A stretch of DNA of 64,000 nucleotides, from assembly GCF_006345805.1 (NCBI RefSeq), contig NC_043014.1, positions 20,894,001 to 20,958,000 of the forward strand, read 5' to 3'. Made by a program: the position numbers and the translations under genes. The notes under the pieces are model-generated. The model searched no databases, was not told where the DNA came from, and worked only from the letters and a program-made list of their open reading frames with translations. How positions within the stretch are numbered: the first letter of the stretch is position 1; the number at the start of each line of letters is the position of its first letter. Source of the DNA: Octopus sinensis. Lineage: Eukaryota. Shown here piece after piece: positions 14,870 to 28,152 of the stretch.

Positions 14870-14904
14870 GTTTCCGACGAAGAGCTCCGCTCGAAACGTC
14901 AGAC
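14870..14904 (+). ncRNA. Minimal type I hammerhead ribozyme motif in the PLE pseudo-LTR
   Basis: GTTT-CCGACGA-A-GAGC-TCC-GCTC-GAAA-C-GTC-AGAC: stem I GTTT/AGAC, stem II GAGC/GCTC, GAAA, palindromic ACGT, and predicted cleavage after GTC (14900). Confidence 0.75.
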
Positions 14905-14995
14905 CTTCCTGCTTCCATCTTTCCTGAGCGCCTATTAATAATAATACTGTAATTGTTCCACGTGTTGTTGTTTTTCTGGTTTTCCCGTTTGGATT

Positions 14996-14999
<4 letters not shown>

Positions 15000-15073
<74 letters not shown>

Positions 15074-15167
15074 TTCGGAATGGTCATATTGCCAGTTTAG
15101 CCAATAAACGTACTATATATTATGTAGATATATATATAATATATATTATATATATATATATATATAT

Positions 15168-15205
<38 letters not shown>

Positions 15206-15545
15206 ATTATAATATATATACATACATATATATATACATATATATATATATATACATATATATACTATATATATATATATATTATATACATATATATATA
15301 TATATATATACATATATATACATATATATATAATATATACAACATATATATATATATATACATACATATATATATATATATACATACATATATATTATAT
15401 ACATATATATATACATATATATATATACATACCATATATATATATATATAATACATATATATATATATATACTTACATATATATATATCATACATATATA
15501 TAATACATACAATATTATATGTAATATATATATATATATATAGTA
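15000..15545. repeat. (TA)n microsatellite flanking the PLE 3' end
   Basis: Direct reading of the sequence. Confidence 0.95.
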
Positions 15546-16966
15546 GAAATATGTTACGAAAAGAAAATATAAAATACACGTGGAAATGTAAGGGTAAAAT
15601 ATGAAAAATCAACGAAAATGCACATTGCAAATAAAAAAAAAGGCTATTTATGACAGGTAACGACAAATATATACATTTAGATTGACTGAGGTAGTAATAA
15701 GAATCATAAAAGTCATTATTATGAGATGGTCATAAGATGATAATAAAGTAAGAGAACAAAACGGACCATGGTTTACGCAAATTTATTCAACGTTTGAACA
15801 ACACCGGTTAATACATATATAAATATATATATATATATATATAATATATATTATATATATACATATATACATATATATGTATGTATGTATGCCTGCATGT
15901 ATATATATATATATAGCAATAAGAAATAACTGGTTCATCAACTTTTAGACATTATATTATATCAACTTATTTATTTATTTACTAAAATAACAATTACAAG
16001 AATATACATACATGTATATCATATTATGCTTTACATATAAAATATATTAATATATAACGATACCAGTAATTATTAAAATATAACATACAGGAATATAAAT
16101 TGGGAAACTATCTTACAGCTGTTTCAGCCAAGAGGCAAAAATACCTCATTCTACCTTTATTCCCCCAGTAGACTGAAGTAATAAGTAAATGAAATTGAGG
16201 TAATTGGGTGTTTCTCTAGGCTTCATACACGCACACACATAACAATAAGCATAGTAAAAGGGGTCCGTGGGAAAACTCATTTAAATAAAAGGGTTGGGAA
16301 CCAGTGTTGCGAACCACTGGCCTAGATACAGACATCAAGTACAATGATACTGCAAGGTCCCTTCAGCCACTTTTAACAATCTCCTGCGTTCTCACACAAG
16401 CTCAGTCATGTTGACTTTCCCTTTGCCAAAGGGTATATTAGGTGGAAGCGAAAGAATGTGTTTGATGTGCGTACAACTCCTTAGTTTTTTATTTAAAAAA
16501 AACTTGCGTTAGTCCAGCAACGTATCTGGTAAGCCTGCGTGATACACAAGTGACACATCACCAACAGAGTCAAATAATAGTCTTGTTGTAGTGGTTGGAG
16601 GATTCCCCACATCTGCGACAATGAAATACAGTCATTTCCGTAGTTTCAAGTGGACGAAAGTTGTAGTATACGTGCGCTCACACGTGTACATGCACACACA
16701 TACATACATATCTATTCATGAATCTTGTTTATTGTAGTCACTGGACAACGTCTATACTGGGATATTGCTCCAAAACTCAACCTTAGCACTTATTTTAAAT
16801 ATGGTATTATCTTGCTCGTTTTCTTCTCTTTTTGGGGTGGATGGAGATGAGCTGCCAATTACGGCGACGTAACAGTTAATCAACAACATCGGAGGTCACC
16901 AATTAAAACGATCATTTACTAAAGAGAGGAAGGACAAGTAGTGTAAGCCCTTTCATAAAGATATTT

Positions 16967-18903
16967 CGGTTAATATAGGGCGTAACAAATATCAGAAAAT
17001 CAAAAAGAAAATGTGTGTAATAGGTGTAAAACAACTTCCTATGAACGAATATGAAAAAAAAATTTCGCGCACGCGAAAGGGGGGTGGGGGAGAGGCCTCG
17101 GAAAATTCACATCGGGAAGTTCCGAAAGCGTCTGAGGAGCTGACCCGGGCACCAAAACAAAAAAAAAATAGTGTAATATGTGTAAAACAACTTGCTCTAA
17201 ACGAATATGACAAAAAAAAATGCGCTCTCGCGAAAGAGGGGTGGGGGAGAGGCCTCGGAATATTTATATCGGGAATTTCCGAAAGCGTCTGAACCGGCAC
17301 AAAAACAAAAACAAAAACAGCTTAATAGGTGTAAAACAACTTGCTCTAAACGACTATCATGAAAAAAATGCGCGCTCGCGAAAGGGGGTGGGGGAGAGGC
17401 TTCGGAAATTTCACATCTTCAGTCCACGGCCTTTAAACTAAGAAAAAATAGTGTAATTGGTGTAAAACTACTTGTTCTAAACGAGTATCAAGAACACACA
17501 CTCACAATGAATCATAAACTCCGTATTTCGCAAAAAAAATAATAAATAAAGAGAAGAAATTCTGGAAAAAGTGAAGAAATGTTGGATCTCATTCCTTGGT
17601 TAAAGCTATTTTAACATTAAATTTATGCTTTTCTTTGAAATAGTTCAGATATATGCAATTCTTCTCACTTATTAAGATGCATTTATCAGAAAAAAAGAGA
17701 CAGAAAAAATTATTATTTTGTGTCAATCCTTCCCTAATTATCCTTTATTAATTAGTTTTGGCGTGTATTTTTTTCCCAAATTTATTTTTTCACCTTCACA
17801 ACACTGTTTAGTAAAGCAATTAATTATCTTTATAATTTGCATATTTGACTTATTAATCAAAATTCTCTAGATGTAATATATACTAAGTAATGCATCCTTC
17901 ATTTATGTGTTCCGTTCTGTATTATGCATGCGTGACTGTTTGTATGTAAGTGTGTTTAACTGTGCACATGAATGTGAATATTAAAGAACATATTTATTTA
18001 CTATGATTGTTATTTTCAGAACAAATAAATCTTTTGGCTGTTATGTTATTGATGTTATTATTATTGCTAGTTAAAGGGTGGTGACTTGGCTGAATATTTT
18101 GAGTCTTGTAGTATGTAGTTGTGTTAGTCAATATTCTGAGTTCAAATCCAACTCATTTCTTTATCATCATTATCGATGGACCACTCAAAGAGGTATGTAT
18201 ACATTATCATTTTCGTAACATAATTTCTGTAGTATTTCAAGATGTTTCTGACACGTATTTTGATTCACATGGCGGAGATCCAACATTTCTTCACTTTTTC
18301 CAGAATTTCTTCTCTTTATTTATTATTTTTTTTGCGAAATACGGAGTTTATGATTCATGTGTGAGTGTGTGTTCTTGATACTCGTTTAGAACAAGTAGTT
18401 TTACACCAATTACACTTTTTTTCTTAGTTTAAAGGCCGTGGACTGAAGATGTGAAATTTCCGAAGCCTCTCCCCCACCCCCCTTTCGCGAGCGCGCATTT
18501 TTTTCTTGATAGTCGTTTAGAGCAAGTTGTTTTACACCTATTACGCTGTTTTTGTTTTTGTTTTTTTGTGCCCGGTTCAGACGCTTTCGGAAATTCCCGA
18601 TATAAATATTCCGAGGCCTCTCCCCCACCCCTCTTTCGCGAGAGCGCATTTTTTTTTTGTCATATTCGTTTAGAGCAAGTTGTTTTACACATATTACACT
18701 ATTTTTTTTTTGTTTTGGTGCCCGGGTCAGCTCCTCAGACGCTTTCGGAACTTTCCGATGTGAATTTTCCGAGGCCTCTCCCCCACCCCCCTTTCGCGTG
18801 CGCGAAATTTTTTTTTCATATTCGTTCATAGGAAGTTGTTTTACACCTATTACACACATTTTCTTTTTGATTTTCTGATATTTGTTACGCCCTATATTAA
18901 CCG
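16967..18903. mobile_element. Foldback-like non-autonomous DNA element with ~625-bp internally repetitive TIRs and a 6-bp TSD
   Basis: Arms 16967-17590 and 18275-18903 are near-identical reverse complements (CGGTTAATATAGGGCG...). ATATTT lies directly outside both ends (16961-16966, 18904-18909). The ~680-bp AT-rich spacer has no recognisable transposase. Confidence 0.88.
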
Positions 18904-20079
18904 ATATTTCTCTATCAGCGTCGAAAAGAAAGAAGAAAGAAGATGCTTTCTAACCAGAGGCCAAGGATCAAAGAGAGTGAAAGTGATTGGATTTGCATAT
19001 TTATATTCTTCCTAACCAAACTTGGTCTGTCTAAAATAAAGAGTTTTTCTTCTATATCGGTTTTGAAATATGTTTGGCTCGTGGAAGGCTAAGAGGTCAG
19101 TTTGTTCTCATAAATTTCCCAGTGCAACAAGTGAGAACAATAGGCAGAAGACTTGCAGGAAAATATAGATTCGGTTTCGAATCCTGGCTTAGCAATACGG
19201 AAACCATCCATTACATATGTATTCAATAACAGGGGGGATTCTCCATATTTATTCCAGTACAGTTTTTGTTTTTCGAATATTGTAGTATGTTGTTTTTGCG
19301 ACAACGTCAGGTCACAAACGGAGGTTGTGCCTTGAAGCCATTTTGGGTCAGCGACTAATCCCATCTGTGATGCCTTCCACAGAAATATAACATAATCTAC
19401 ATTTTGGATAGCATCTGGAGCTCCAAGGGCTTCGCTACCGCTTTTGTTTATTAGGCATTACGTAGCAATCTCTTGTTCTAGGATTGCAAATGCAGAGCTT
19501 TCGAATTGTGATGTGATGCAGCAGTTACAAGTCCACGAGGGGCTACGTTTCATGTCGATGTTACTGTCTCCTTGAAGTTTCCGGGAAACATACCCATGCA
19601 TAGACCTTTTCGAACAGCTGAGCTTTTCATATCAAAGTCTTCTTTGAGTGTGTGTGTCTCTATCATTAACATGAACATAACCAGCAACAGCAATATATAG
19701 TATGAAGAAGGTAAATAAATCTATTTCAAATAAAAACATATAATGTGGTATCCTAGCGTATTTTAAAAGTTGAATGAAACGTCTTTGATCTTAGGTCTAT
19801 GAGGACTGCCTTGAGACTAAACAGCCACAACAGTACAATTAGCAAGAACAATATGATCGCTACACCACCAATAATATCCGCCCACCATTACTAACATCTA
19901 AATCAATGCAACCCGCATCATCACCACTACCAACCCACTAACTTTTGAAGATATCAATATGAACACCTTTGTAGATAATCATCGCTGCTGTTAGATTTGC
20001 CTTCAGTTTAAGATGTCTGGAAAGAAGCTATCAATCAGACCTGAAGGTAGTAGTGCGAAAGGGGTTGCACACCACAGCA

Positions 20080-21541
20080 TGTATACAATGTTGACGAGTC
20101 TGCTCTTTTCCAGAAGCGTACGCCTACTATAACTTTATTTCTCGAGAAGAAAAGTCAGCATCAGAATTTAAAGCCTCCAAAAACCGTCTAACACTTTGAA
20201 GAGGAAATGCCGCTGGTGATATGAAATTAAAGCTCCTGCACGTGTATAATTCCGAAAATCTAAACACCAAGTTTAATCTACCACTGATTTGGTGTTTAAA
20301 TAAGAAGGCATGGATGACTAAGAGCCTTTTCAAAGAGTGGTTTACAAACGTTTTTTGTCCAGAAGTAGAAATGTGCAGCGCCAGAGACATTTCCAACAAA
20401 ACATTGTTTCTTTTAGATAATGCACCGAGCCAGCGAACTTAGATGACCTTTCTGATAATGTGAGAGTGCAATATACCGCGCAGAATACAACTTCTTTGCT
20501 CCAGCTAATGGATCAGAATGTGATAGCTATCTTCAAGGCATATTATATGAGAACTTTCAAAAAACTTGTGAAAGCAATTGATAGGGAGGATAAACTTACA
20601 GTTAGAGATTTCTAGAAGGAATTCAACACAATGGATGCTGTGGGTAATATATCTGAGTCATGAGATGAAATGAAATCTTCAACTTTGAATAGTGCTTGGG
20701 AAAAGTATATGGTCAGACTGTATCTGTGACATTATAAGTTTTCTTCAAGCAGAAAGTTTACATCAAATTTGGAAAGTTGTGGAGGATGTAGGATGTGAAG
20801 GATGTAGGATTTGAAGAAGTCATAGAGGATGGTGTGACTTTATTGCTAGAGAGGCTGCTGGAAAAAGAACAAGCTGAGAATATAGATGATAGAATGGAAG
20901 TTCCAACAATAACACTTAAATTGGCTACAAAAAATATTGTTAAAGAGTTGGCACTTACAGAGGAAGGTCTGCAGGATTTTGCTAATAATGATCCTAATCG
21001 TGTATGTAACATAAAAATTATAAGAGGAGTTTACATTAAGCTCACTTTCTGCACTGAACTGTACAAAGAGATGATGCGCTATAAACAACAAACAACTTTG
21101 GATAAGTTCTTCATCCCTCAACCTGATGTTCGTGATAATAAACTATAAGACGATGAATATTGTCCCTCATCCTCCTAGTAACACTCATTCCACCACCAAC
21201 CCTCACACAGTAGTCAGCATCTTTTGTAGTAAGAACCTACTCTCACGATATTATGATTCTTATTATTTTTCTAATTTATTCCTCTTAAAAGCTTTCGTTT
21301 GTATGTATCTTTATTGTACCGTACCGTGTATATTTAGAAATAGTTATTTTCATGTATAAATGTAACCATGTTGCTTGTTATCTGTTGTTTTTTGTACTCC
21401 TTTTTTATCTTTTATTTTTCATTTAGTTATTTTATTTATTTATGGTTTTGTCCGTAGGAACGTAATCACACTTGATAATATGAAAATCAATGGAAAATTA
21501 ATTTCGCATTACGGCCAGATTTCCGTTAAGTGAGGGATTGT
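20080..21541 (+). mobile_element. Tigger/pogo transposon relic (DDE transposase pseudogene plus right TIR)
   Basis: VDESALFQKRTP, GNAAGDMKLK, NKKAWMTKSLFKEWF, LFLLDNAPS, TTSLLQLMDQNVI and QQTTLDKFF, with stops and frameshifts. A TIR-like ...CCGTTAAGTGAGGGATTG followed by TA lies at ~21520-21543. Confidence 0.85.
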
Positions 21542-22065
21542 TATATATATATATGCACCAAGGCTGGAGCAGTGATATCGTTATCTTGTACAAACAATAT
21601 TTGAAGACAAATGCGTACTGACAAGAAGTACGGATTTATACTCCGGTTATGTGTACAATCACAAAAGGCCGTCTGAATATATAACGAGTCCTCAAGGTCG
21701 CACATGGGTACGAACACTGCACCCATTGTACTGAACTCAACAGATTGAAACGGCTGTAGTGAACCACAATCTATCTGTTGTTATTTGGGTGGTCTTTATT
21801 TCAGTCTTATCATTATATTTTTTTTATTTGTATGTTCCTTTGTCAAAGCTCTTTCATTACTTCCTCTGACCTCTTCAACTACTCTTTATCCCACGTGTTT
21901 CCTCTTGTTCTGCTTAAGTAAAGGCCAAACATATAGTTCGTGTGTTTAGTTGGCAAAATATGACCATCTCCAAGAATGACAATATAAATACATGTATGAA
22001 ACAGAAAAATATCTATAATGAAAATTTATTACATAATGTTCATTTCAAGAAGTTACTGTACATTG

Positions 22066-22600
22066 TTAATATTTCATGTGACTTTCCTTAGCTTGAATAA
22101 TTGCTTCAATGTGTCTGGGAAGAGATGCATACAAATCCTTCACCATCTTCTCAGGTTTGAGATGCCATTCTCTGTGAGTGAGCTCTCACAACTCTTCAAG
22201 ATTGCATGAATTCTTCTCACGAACCCTTCTTTTTAGTTCTGTTTACATTTGCTCGATGATATTTAAGCCAGGGCTCTGAGCTGGCCAACCTTTTAATATG
22301 GTAACACCTTCATCAGCCAGATTCTGTTGTGTTGTACACGATTTGTGGCATGGACCTCTGTCATGCTGAAAAATTTCACTTTCATCCAAACCTGGTATCA
22401 AATTGTCCTTCAACAATTAGATGTATTTGGCACTATTCAAGTTTCTATCAATTTTAACCAACTTTCTTGAACCATCTCCGAAGCATTAGACTCTTACCTC
22501 CAAACTTCACTGGTTTTGTCATGTAGTGTGGGTTGTTTCACTTTCTTCATTTGTCAGAAGGCCTCCAGGAAAGAGAAACGACCCACATTACATGACAAAA
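22066..22600 (-). mobile_element. Tc1-family transposase pseudogene (C-terminal half)
   Basis: Minus-strand translation: LNSAKYI*LLKDNL, IFQHDRGPCHKS...GWPAQSPGLNIIEQM*TELKRRV, and SLPRHIEAIIQAKESHMKY*. Confidence 0.8.
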
Positions 22601-23349
22601 ACAGTGAAGTTTGAAAGTAAAAGTATTCTAGGACAAAATTTTTAACCCTTTAGCATTTAAACCAGCCGCATCAGTGCCAAAATATTCTCCCTATTTTATG
22701 CTTAAAATATGTAGATCTGGCCTCTCATACATACCTGACAATGTCATTCAAACCATAAACAATCAGAACATAGAAATTTCAAAGCTACAAGATAATGCAT
22801 GATTAATTCAAAACAATGTGAATGAGTAAGCATTACATTTGACAGAATAATCAGAATGCTAAAGGATTAAAAAGCATTCTTATCTATACTTCTTTGTATT
22901 TCATAACAATGGTACCCACTTCTTTTGTGTAAAAACATCAGTGAATTTCATTGTCACAATGTCATGGTCTATGACTTCATCAAAGTTTGATACTACAAAT
23001 GATATATTTCCGTAGAAATATTACTGTTACCTTACTTCAAGCTCTTGCTTGAGGGGAATGGAGTTATCAAAGGTCAGTGGTCCCAGAGATGTCATTATGC
23101 ATAGAGCCAACCAGGCTCTCCATCACTGGCAGTCCCATGCCAGCCCTTCTACATTTCCAATGATAAAAATAACATTCACATGAATACAAGGATACTAAAC
23201 ATCGACACTAATGTTATCTGGAGGTGATATAGGACCAAATGTTCTACCCAGAAACACAAAAGTTTGGGAAGCCTATTATATGCATGTGTGTGTGTTCTAA
23301 TTCATATACAGATGACTATTTCATTATTTTTTTTAATTAATGATCATGG

Positions 23350-23565
23350 TGAGGAAGTGAGCTGGCAGGATGTTAGCATGCCAGACAAAATGTTTAGCAG
23401 CATTTTGTCTATCTTTATGTTCTCAGTTTAAATACCACCAAAGTCGACTTTGCTTTTCATCCTTTTGGAGTCAATAAAATAAGTACCAGCTGGGTACTGG
23501 GGTTGATGTAATCAACTAACTCTCCTCTGAAATTGCTGGCTTTGTGCTTAAATTTGAAACCAATT
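23350..23565 (+). mobile_element. tRNA-derived SINE (Nin/Deu-like domain)
   Basis: GAGCTGGCAGGATGTTAGCA head followed by GTCGACTTTGCTTTTCATCCTTTTGGAGTC...AAGTACCAG. Confidence 0.7.
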
Positions 23566-23839
23566 AATGATCACGGTTGCACAGGCAATCTCCATGACCT
23601 TTTCAGAGTCTCTGTTGCTCGTAGACTCTCCTAAAGGCACACAAGGTGGGTCACTTAGTGGTATAAAATTGAGTTTAGCACTTAAGAGGAACTGAACATC
23701 CAACAGCTTCCATAGAGTTCCTGTCCACCAAATTCTACTGGCAAAGATGTGATACCAACATACATATTTATACATACATAAATATATATGCACAAATATG
23801 TTTATGAGTGCATACACAGACATATGTGTGCCACAGCAA

Positions 23840-24440
23840 AATTGATGCTGGCGCTGGTGCCACATAAAAAGCACCCAGTACACAGTGTAGAGCGTCTAGT
23901 GTTAGGAAAGACATCCAGCTGTAGAAACCATATCAGAACAAACAATGGAGCCTGGTGCAGCCGCTGGCCTTACTAGATCCAGTCAAACCATGCTAGAATG
24001 GAAATCATCATCATCATTTAACATCTGCTTTCCATGCTGGCATGGGTTGGACGATTTGACTGAGGACTGGCGAACCAGATGGCTGCGCCAGGCTCCAATC
24101 TGATCTGGCAGAGTTTCTACAGCTGGATGCCCTTCCTAACGACAACCACTCCAAGTGTATAGTGGGTGCTTTTACATGCCACCGGCACGAGGGCCAGTCA
24201 AGCAGTACTGGCAACAGCCATACTCAAATGGTGTCTTTTTATATGGCATCTGCACAGGAGCCAGTCCAGCGGCACTGGCAATGACCTCACTCAAATGTTT
24301 TTTCACGTGCCACTGACACAAGTGCCAGAATGGCGACGCTGGTAATGATCACGCTCGAATGGTGCTTTTTACATACCACTGGCACGGAAGCCAGTTAGCT
24401 GCTCTGGCAACGATCACACTCGGATGGTGCTCTGGGTGTT
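23840..24440. mobile_element. Two tail-to-tail RTE 3'-UTR-type repeat fragments
   Basis: Both match the 3' UTR of the RTE at 30444-30877 (TTAGGAAGGGCATCCAGCTGTAGAAA...GGAGCCTGGTGCAGC) and meet at an (ATC)n tract at ~24005. Confidence 0.7.
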
Positions 24441-26274
24441 AAATGATGCTGTTAATGATGATTGTATATGTATATATGCAATAAGCAAAAAAGGAACATA
24501 CATTTTAATACGGTATACAACAAACTACATATGATACATATATATTAAATACTACAAACTATGTACCATATATAATTATGTGGTGGTCACCATGCTTAAG
24601 GGAGAGAAACAAAAATATTATGAGAAGAAAATTCATTGCTGATAATGAAAATTAATCTCAGAAGAGGCAAAAAAGAGAACTCCCTCAAACTTCAGCAGCT
24701 GACTAAAATCTGAAAGGCGTCATGTATGGGGCAAGAATGTTTCTGATCTTTGATAGCTATGGTGACAACCTCAGGCATGCTTCAGTTTTATTAAACCTCC
24801 ACAAAGCACCATCAATGACATATATATGATGCTTGTGTTAGAACTGTAATGCTGAGACATGGTCTATGAATGCAGAGGGCTGGAGAAGATCAAAAAGAGA
24901 TGAAGCCAGTATGTTCTACTGGATGTGCAATGTAAAGTGTGCATGAACAAGAAAATATGTGATGAGAGAAAAAAAACAGGGCAAGAGAGGAATCAGATGT
25001 GTGTAAGGAAAAAAGACTACACCACACTACACAAGTGATGTATATGGAGGGGGGTAGCCATATAAAGAAGTGTCGGTTACACAATGTAGATGGAATTTGC
25101 AATGAAGGAAAGCGAGGTAGACTTGGGGTAAAGTGGTAATGATAATCTCAGACTATGAACCTCATGGAGGAAATGACACAGAAATAGGATGACTTACAAG
25201 GTGCAGTTCTTAAGAAGACCTGCTCACCTTGGAAAAAAATAAGATTCTGGTGTGTGTGTGTATATATATATATATATACACACCCACACATATTTATAAG
25301 CACTACTGGCACACAACCCACTTACCATCTTCAAGATATTTCCACCACCCATCATCTCCTCTAACTGCAGTGTTCTGCTATTCTAATTAAATGCAAGCAG
25401 ACCTGCATACTTAACCAGCTTTTCCTCAATACCACTTATCTACCTTACTACCTGAAATCATTTCACTTGTTTTCTATTCTTCATTTTTAATAATGTCCTC
25501 TCCACATTTTATATCGATTACCCTCAACCACACATCATCTCCCTCTTTCTCTCATCCTTTCCCTGTCTATTCTACCATTAGTACTATCCTACTGCCCCAC
25601 CTCTTTTTTGCACTATTGGTCATTTCCTATTCTTTCTAACTCATATGAATCATTGGTTACCTCCACCCCTTATCCTTCAACCAATTTCTACAGCTGTCAC
25701 CTACTCTTCCCCACTTGTCATCCTTCAACACTTCATACTTGTCCCCTGACCTATTCCTCATCTCTAACACAATCTTGTAACCTCTACCTACCCACGTTTC
25801 CTGTCGTCACTCATTTCTACTTGACTCATGCCTTGGGAGTGTATACTAATACCTCATCATCAACATTTTATTTCCTTCCAGCTCCACCCCAACCACTCTT
25901 ACTTTCTTTTATATAGTGCAAGTAACCATGTTGCTCTTCTATAAGAAACCTGTTCTGTTCTGATCCCTTTTCTCATACTTTAACCCCTTATCATGAGCAT
26001 AGAGCACCTTCCACTCTATTGTAGCCTCACTCAGTTGAAGAGACTGATAGTCTTGCAAGCTGCATGAGGACTTCACTAGTGCTGGTGCCATGGAAAAAGC
26101 ACACAACACACTGTAAAGTGGTTGGCATTAGGAAGGGCATCCAGCCATGGAAACCATGCCAAAGCAGAGAGTAGAGCACAGTTCAGTCCTTAGGCATGTT
26201 CGTTCTAGGTAAACCATCAAACCCATACTAACATCAAACATACCTATTAAATGATAATGATAAACATTTATATG

Positions 26275-26470
26275 TATGAAGTGCAGGAATAGATGTGTGG
26301 TTGATAAGTTCACTTCTTAACCACATGGTTTCAAGTTTCTCTGACTTACTGCATGGCACCTTGGGCAAGTGTCTTCAACTATAATTTTAAGTCATTCAAA
26401 GCCTTGTGAGTGGATTTCACAGATGGAAACTGAAAGAAGCCTATCATATATATATGTGCATGTGTTTCTC
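26275..26470 (+). mobile_element. tRNA-derived SINE (CORE-like), 5' half
   Basis: GCATGGCACCTTGGGCAAGTGTCTTC...AAAGCCTTGTGAGTGGATTT...GGAAACTGAAAGAAGCC. Confidence 0.75.
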
Positions 26471-27559
26471 CTTGCCTTGGCATTACATGATAGTCAGATA
26501 ATGAGAATAATTGCCATACAAGTGAGCAGCACCCATTTCCAATCTTCCATGAAAACATGTCTGGTCATGGGAAAATATCTTATTTAGAAATAGATAAGGT
26601 TTGACAAAAGGGAGGGCTTCTGGTCATAGAAAATCTACCTCAATGAATTCCAACTGACCTATGCAGGTATGAAAAAAATGGACATTAAAACAATGATCAT
26701 ATATATATATATAAACTTGATGATGATGATAATGATGATCAGTCTCCTGTGGAAAACAACTTCAGTAATGAGGACAGAAACACATCCAATAAACTTGCAG
26801 AAATGGTTGTCTGCAAGAGTGAGCTTCATGAGTCCTCCCTCACCATCCTCCAGCACAACACCTTTTCCATTTTGTCTGCTGGGACCATGAGACAATCTGA
26901 ATTACAGGAAATTGAGAGAATGTAATCAATTTTGTAGCTTCCTACCTGTAGTTGGTCTTTAGTTTGTTTTATTATTTCGAGCATCCTTCTGCTTAACCGT
27001 TCTCGTGAAGTGCTTGCAGATGTAGCATGTGAACAAACTGACATCTAGCAATTGCCACATAGAAGAGGGCAACATTCAAATAAATGACCCACTGAACTGG
27101 AAAGTCACAGGGTACAAACACAAGAATCACACCATTCACCAGTAAAAGTTCTTCAATGCAGTTAATTTGATTTTGTTATTTACAATTTCAATAAGTCCAA
27201 AGAATTTTATTCAATTTGATGACTGCACAAATCTATTTTCAGTCCTGAAGGAGCTTTACATACTTGATTACAAGTTGAAGAAGTCAGACTTACTTTACTT
27301 TGAGCAGCATCACTACAAAGATGGCCAGTTAAACCAGCAACTGACCTCACAACAAAGTGACAGTTTGCAACACTATTCATATTTTGATAATTTTGCTTTC
27401 TGTTTTCAAGTCACAGGTTATGGTGATAGACTCCTTCTACTTCAAAGTTTACTGGTCCTATATGCCATTGTCCTCTCCAGTCGTTTTGTTTTTTTGCAAT
27501 ATCCCAGTCATTACTTTTTATGTTAAATTATCCCTACATTTGTCTTTATAATAAAAAAT

Positions 27560-27810
27560 AAATGCGCCCTTTTAAAGCCTAGCCAGGCTCATGGGCACGG
27601 TTTCCCAGCTTCAATGGCATATGTGTTCCCAGCTGCATGGGATGCCAGTCCATCGCAGTGTTACTCATTTTTGCCAGCTGAGTGGACTGGAGCAATGTGA
27701 AATGAAGTGTTTTGCTCAAGAACACAACGCGTCACCTGGTCCAGGAATTGAAACCACAATCTTACGATCATGATGCTGACACCCTAATCACTAAGCCATG
27801 CGCTTCCACC
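27560..27810 (-). mobile_element. tRNA-derived SINE (Meta-like), near full length
   Basis: Reverse complement of the family at 38225-38735, including the GAGCCTGGCTAGGCTTTAAAAGGG 3' end. Confidence 0.75.
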
Positions 27811-28152
27811 GTTTGTCTTTATACTGTAGTAATAATCTACCAACCTTACACTGTGAGTTTAGTTGTTCATAAAAATTGCTATATATGTGTATATATATAT
27901 GCAATCATCATTTAATGTCTACTTTTGCAGCGCCTTGCATGGGTCAAATAGAATTTGTTGAAGCAGATTTCCTTCTTGTTGCCAATCCTCACCTGTTTCC
28001 AAACAAGTTTGTATTTTACCAAAACCAGACATGTTTTTCATGGAAGAATGGAAACAAACATCACTTGTATGGTGTTGATGCTCGTTTACAACCATCATGT
28101 GATATCATGACCAGGGTACTCACATACACACACACATTTCCATATATATCTA

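Noticed and set aside
16240-16325. hAT-MITE-like end (AGGGTTGGGAACCAGTG / GAACCACTGG)
   Set aside because: Only one short terminus; no partner TIR or TSD was found.
17011-18878. Paired ORFs (93/149 aa etc.) in the foldback arms
   Set aside because: They are mirror translations of non-coding TIR subunits with no transposase motifs.
19089-19364. 91-aa and 60-aa overlapping ORFs in a non-repetitive-looking stretch
   Set aside because: No recognisable domain or splice structure; may be an old TE relic.
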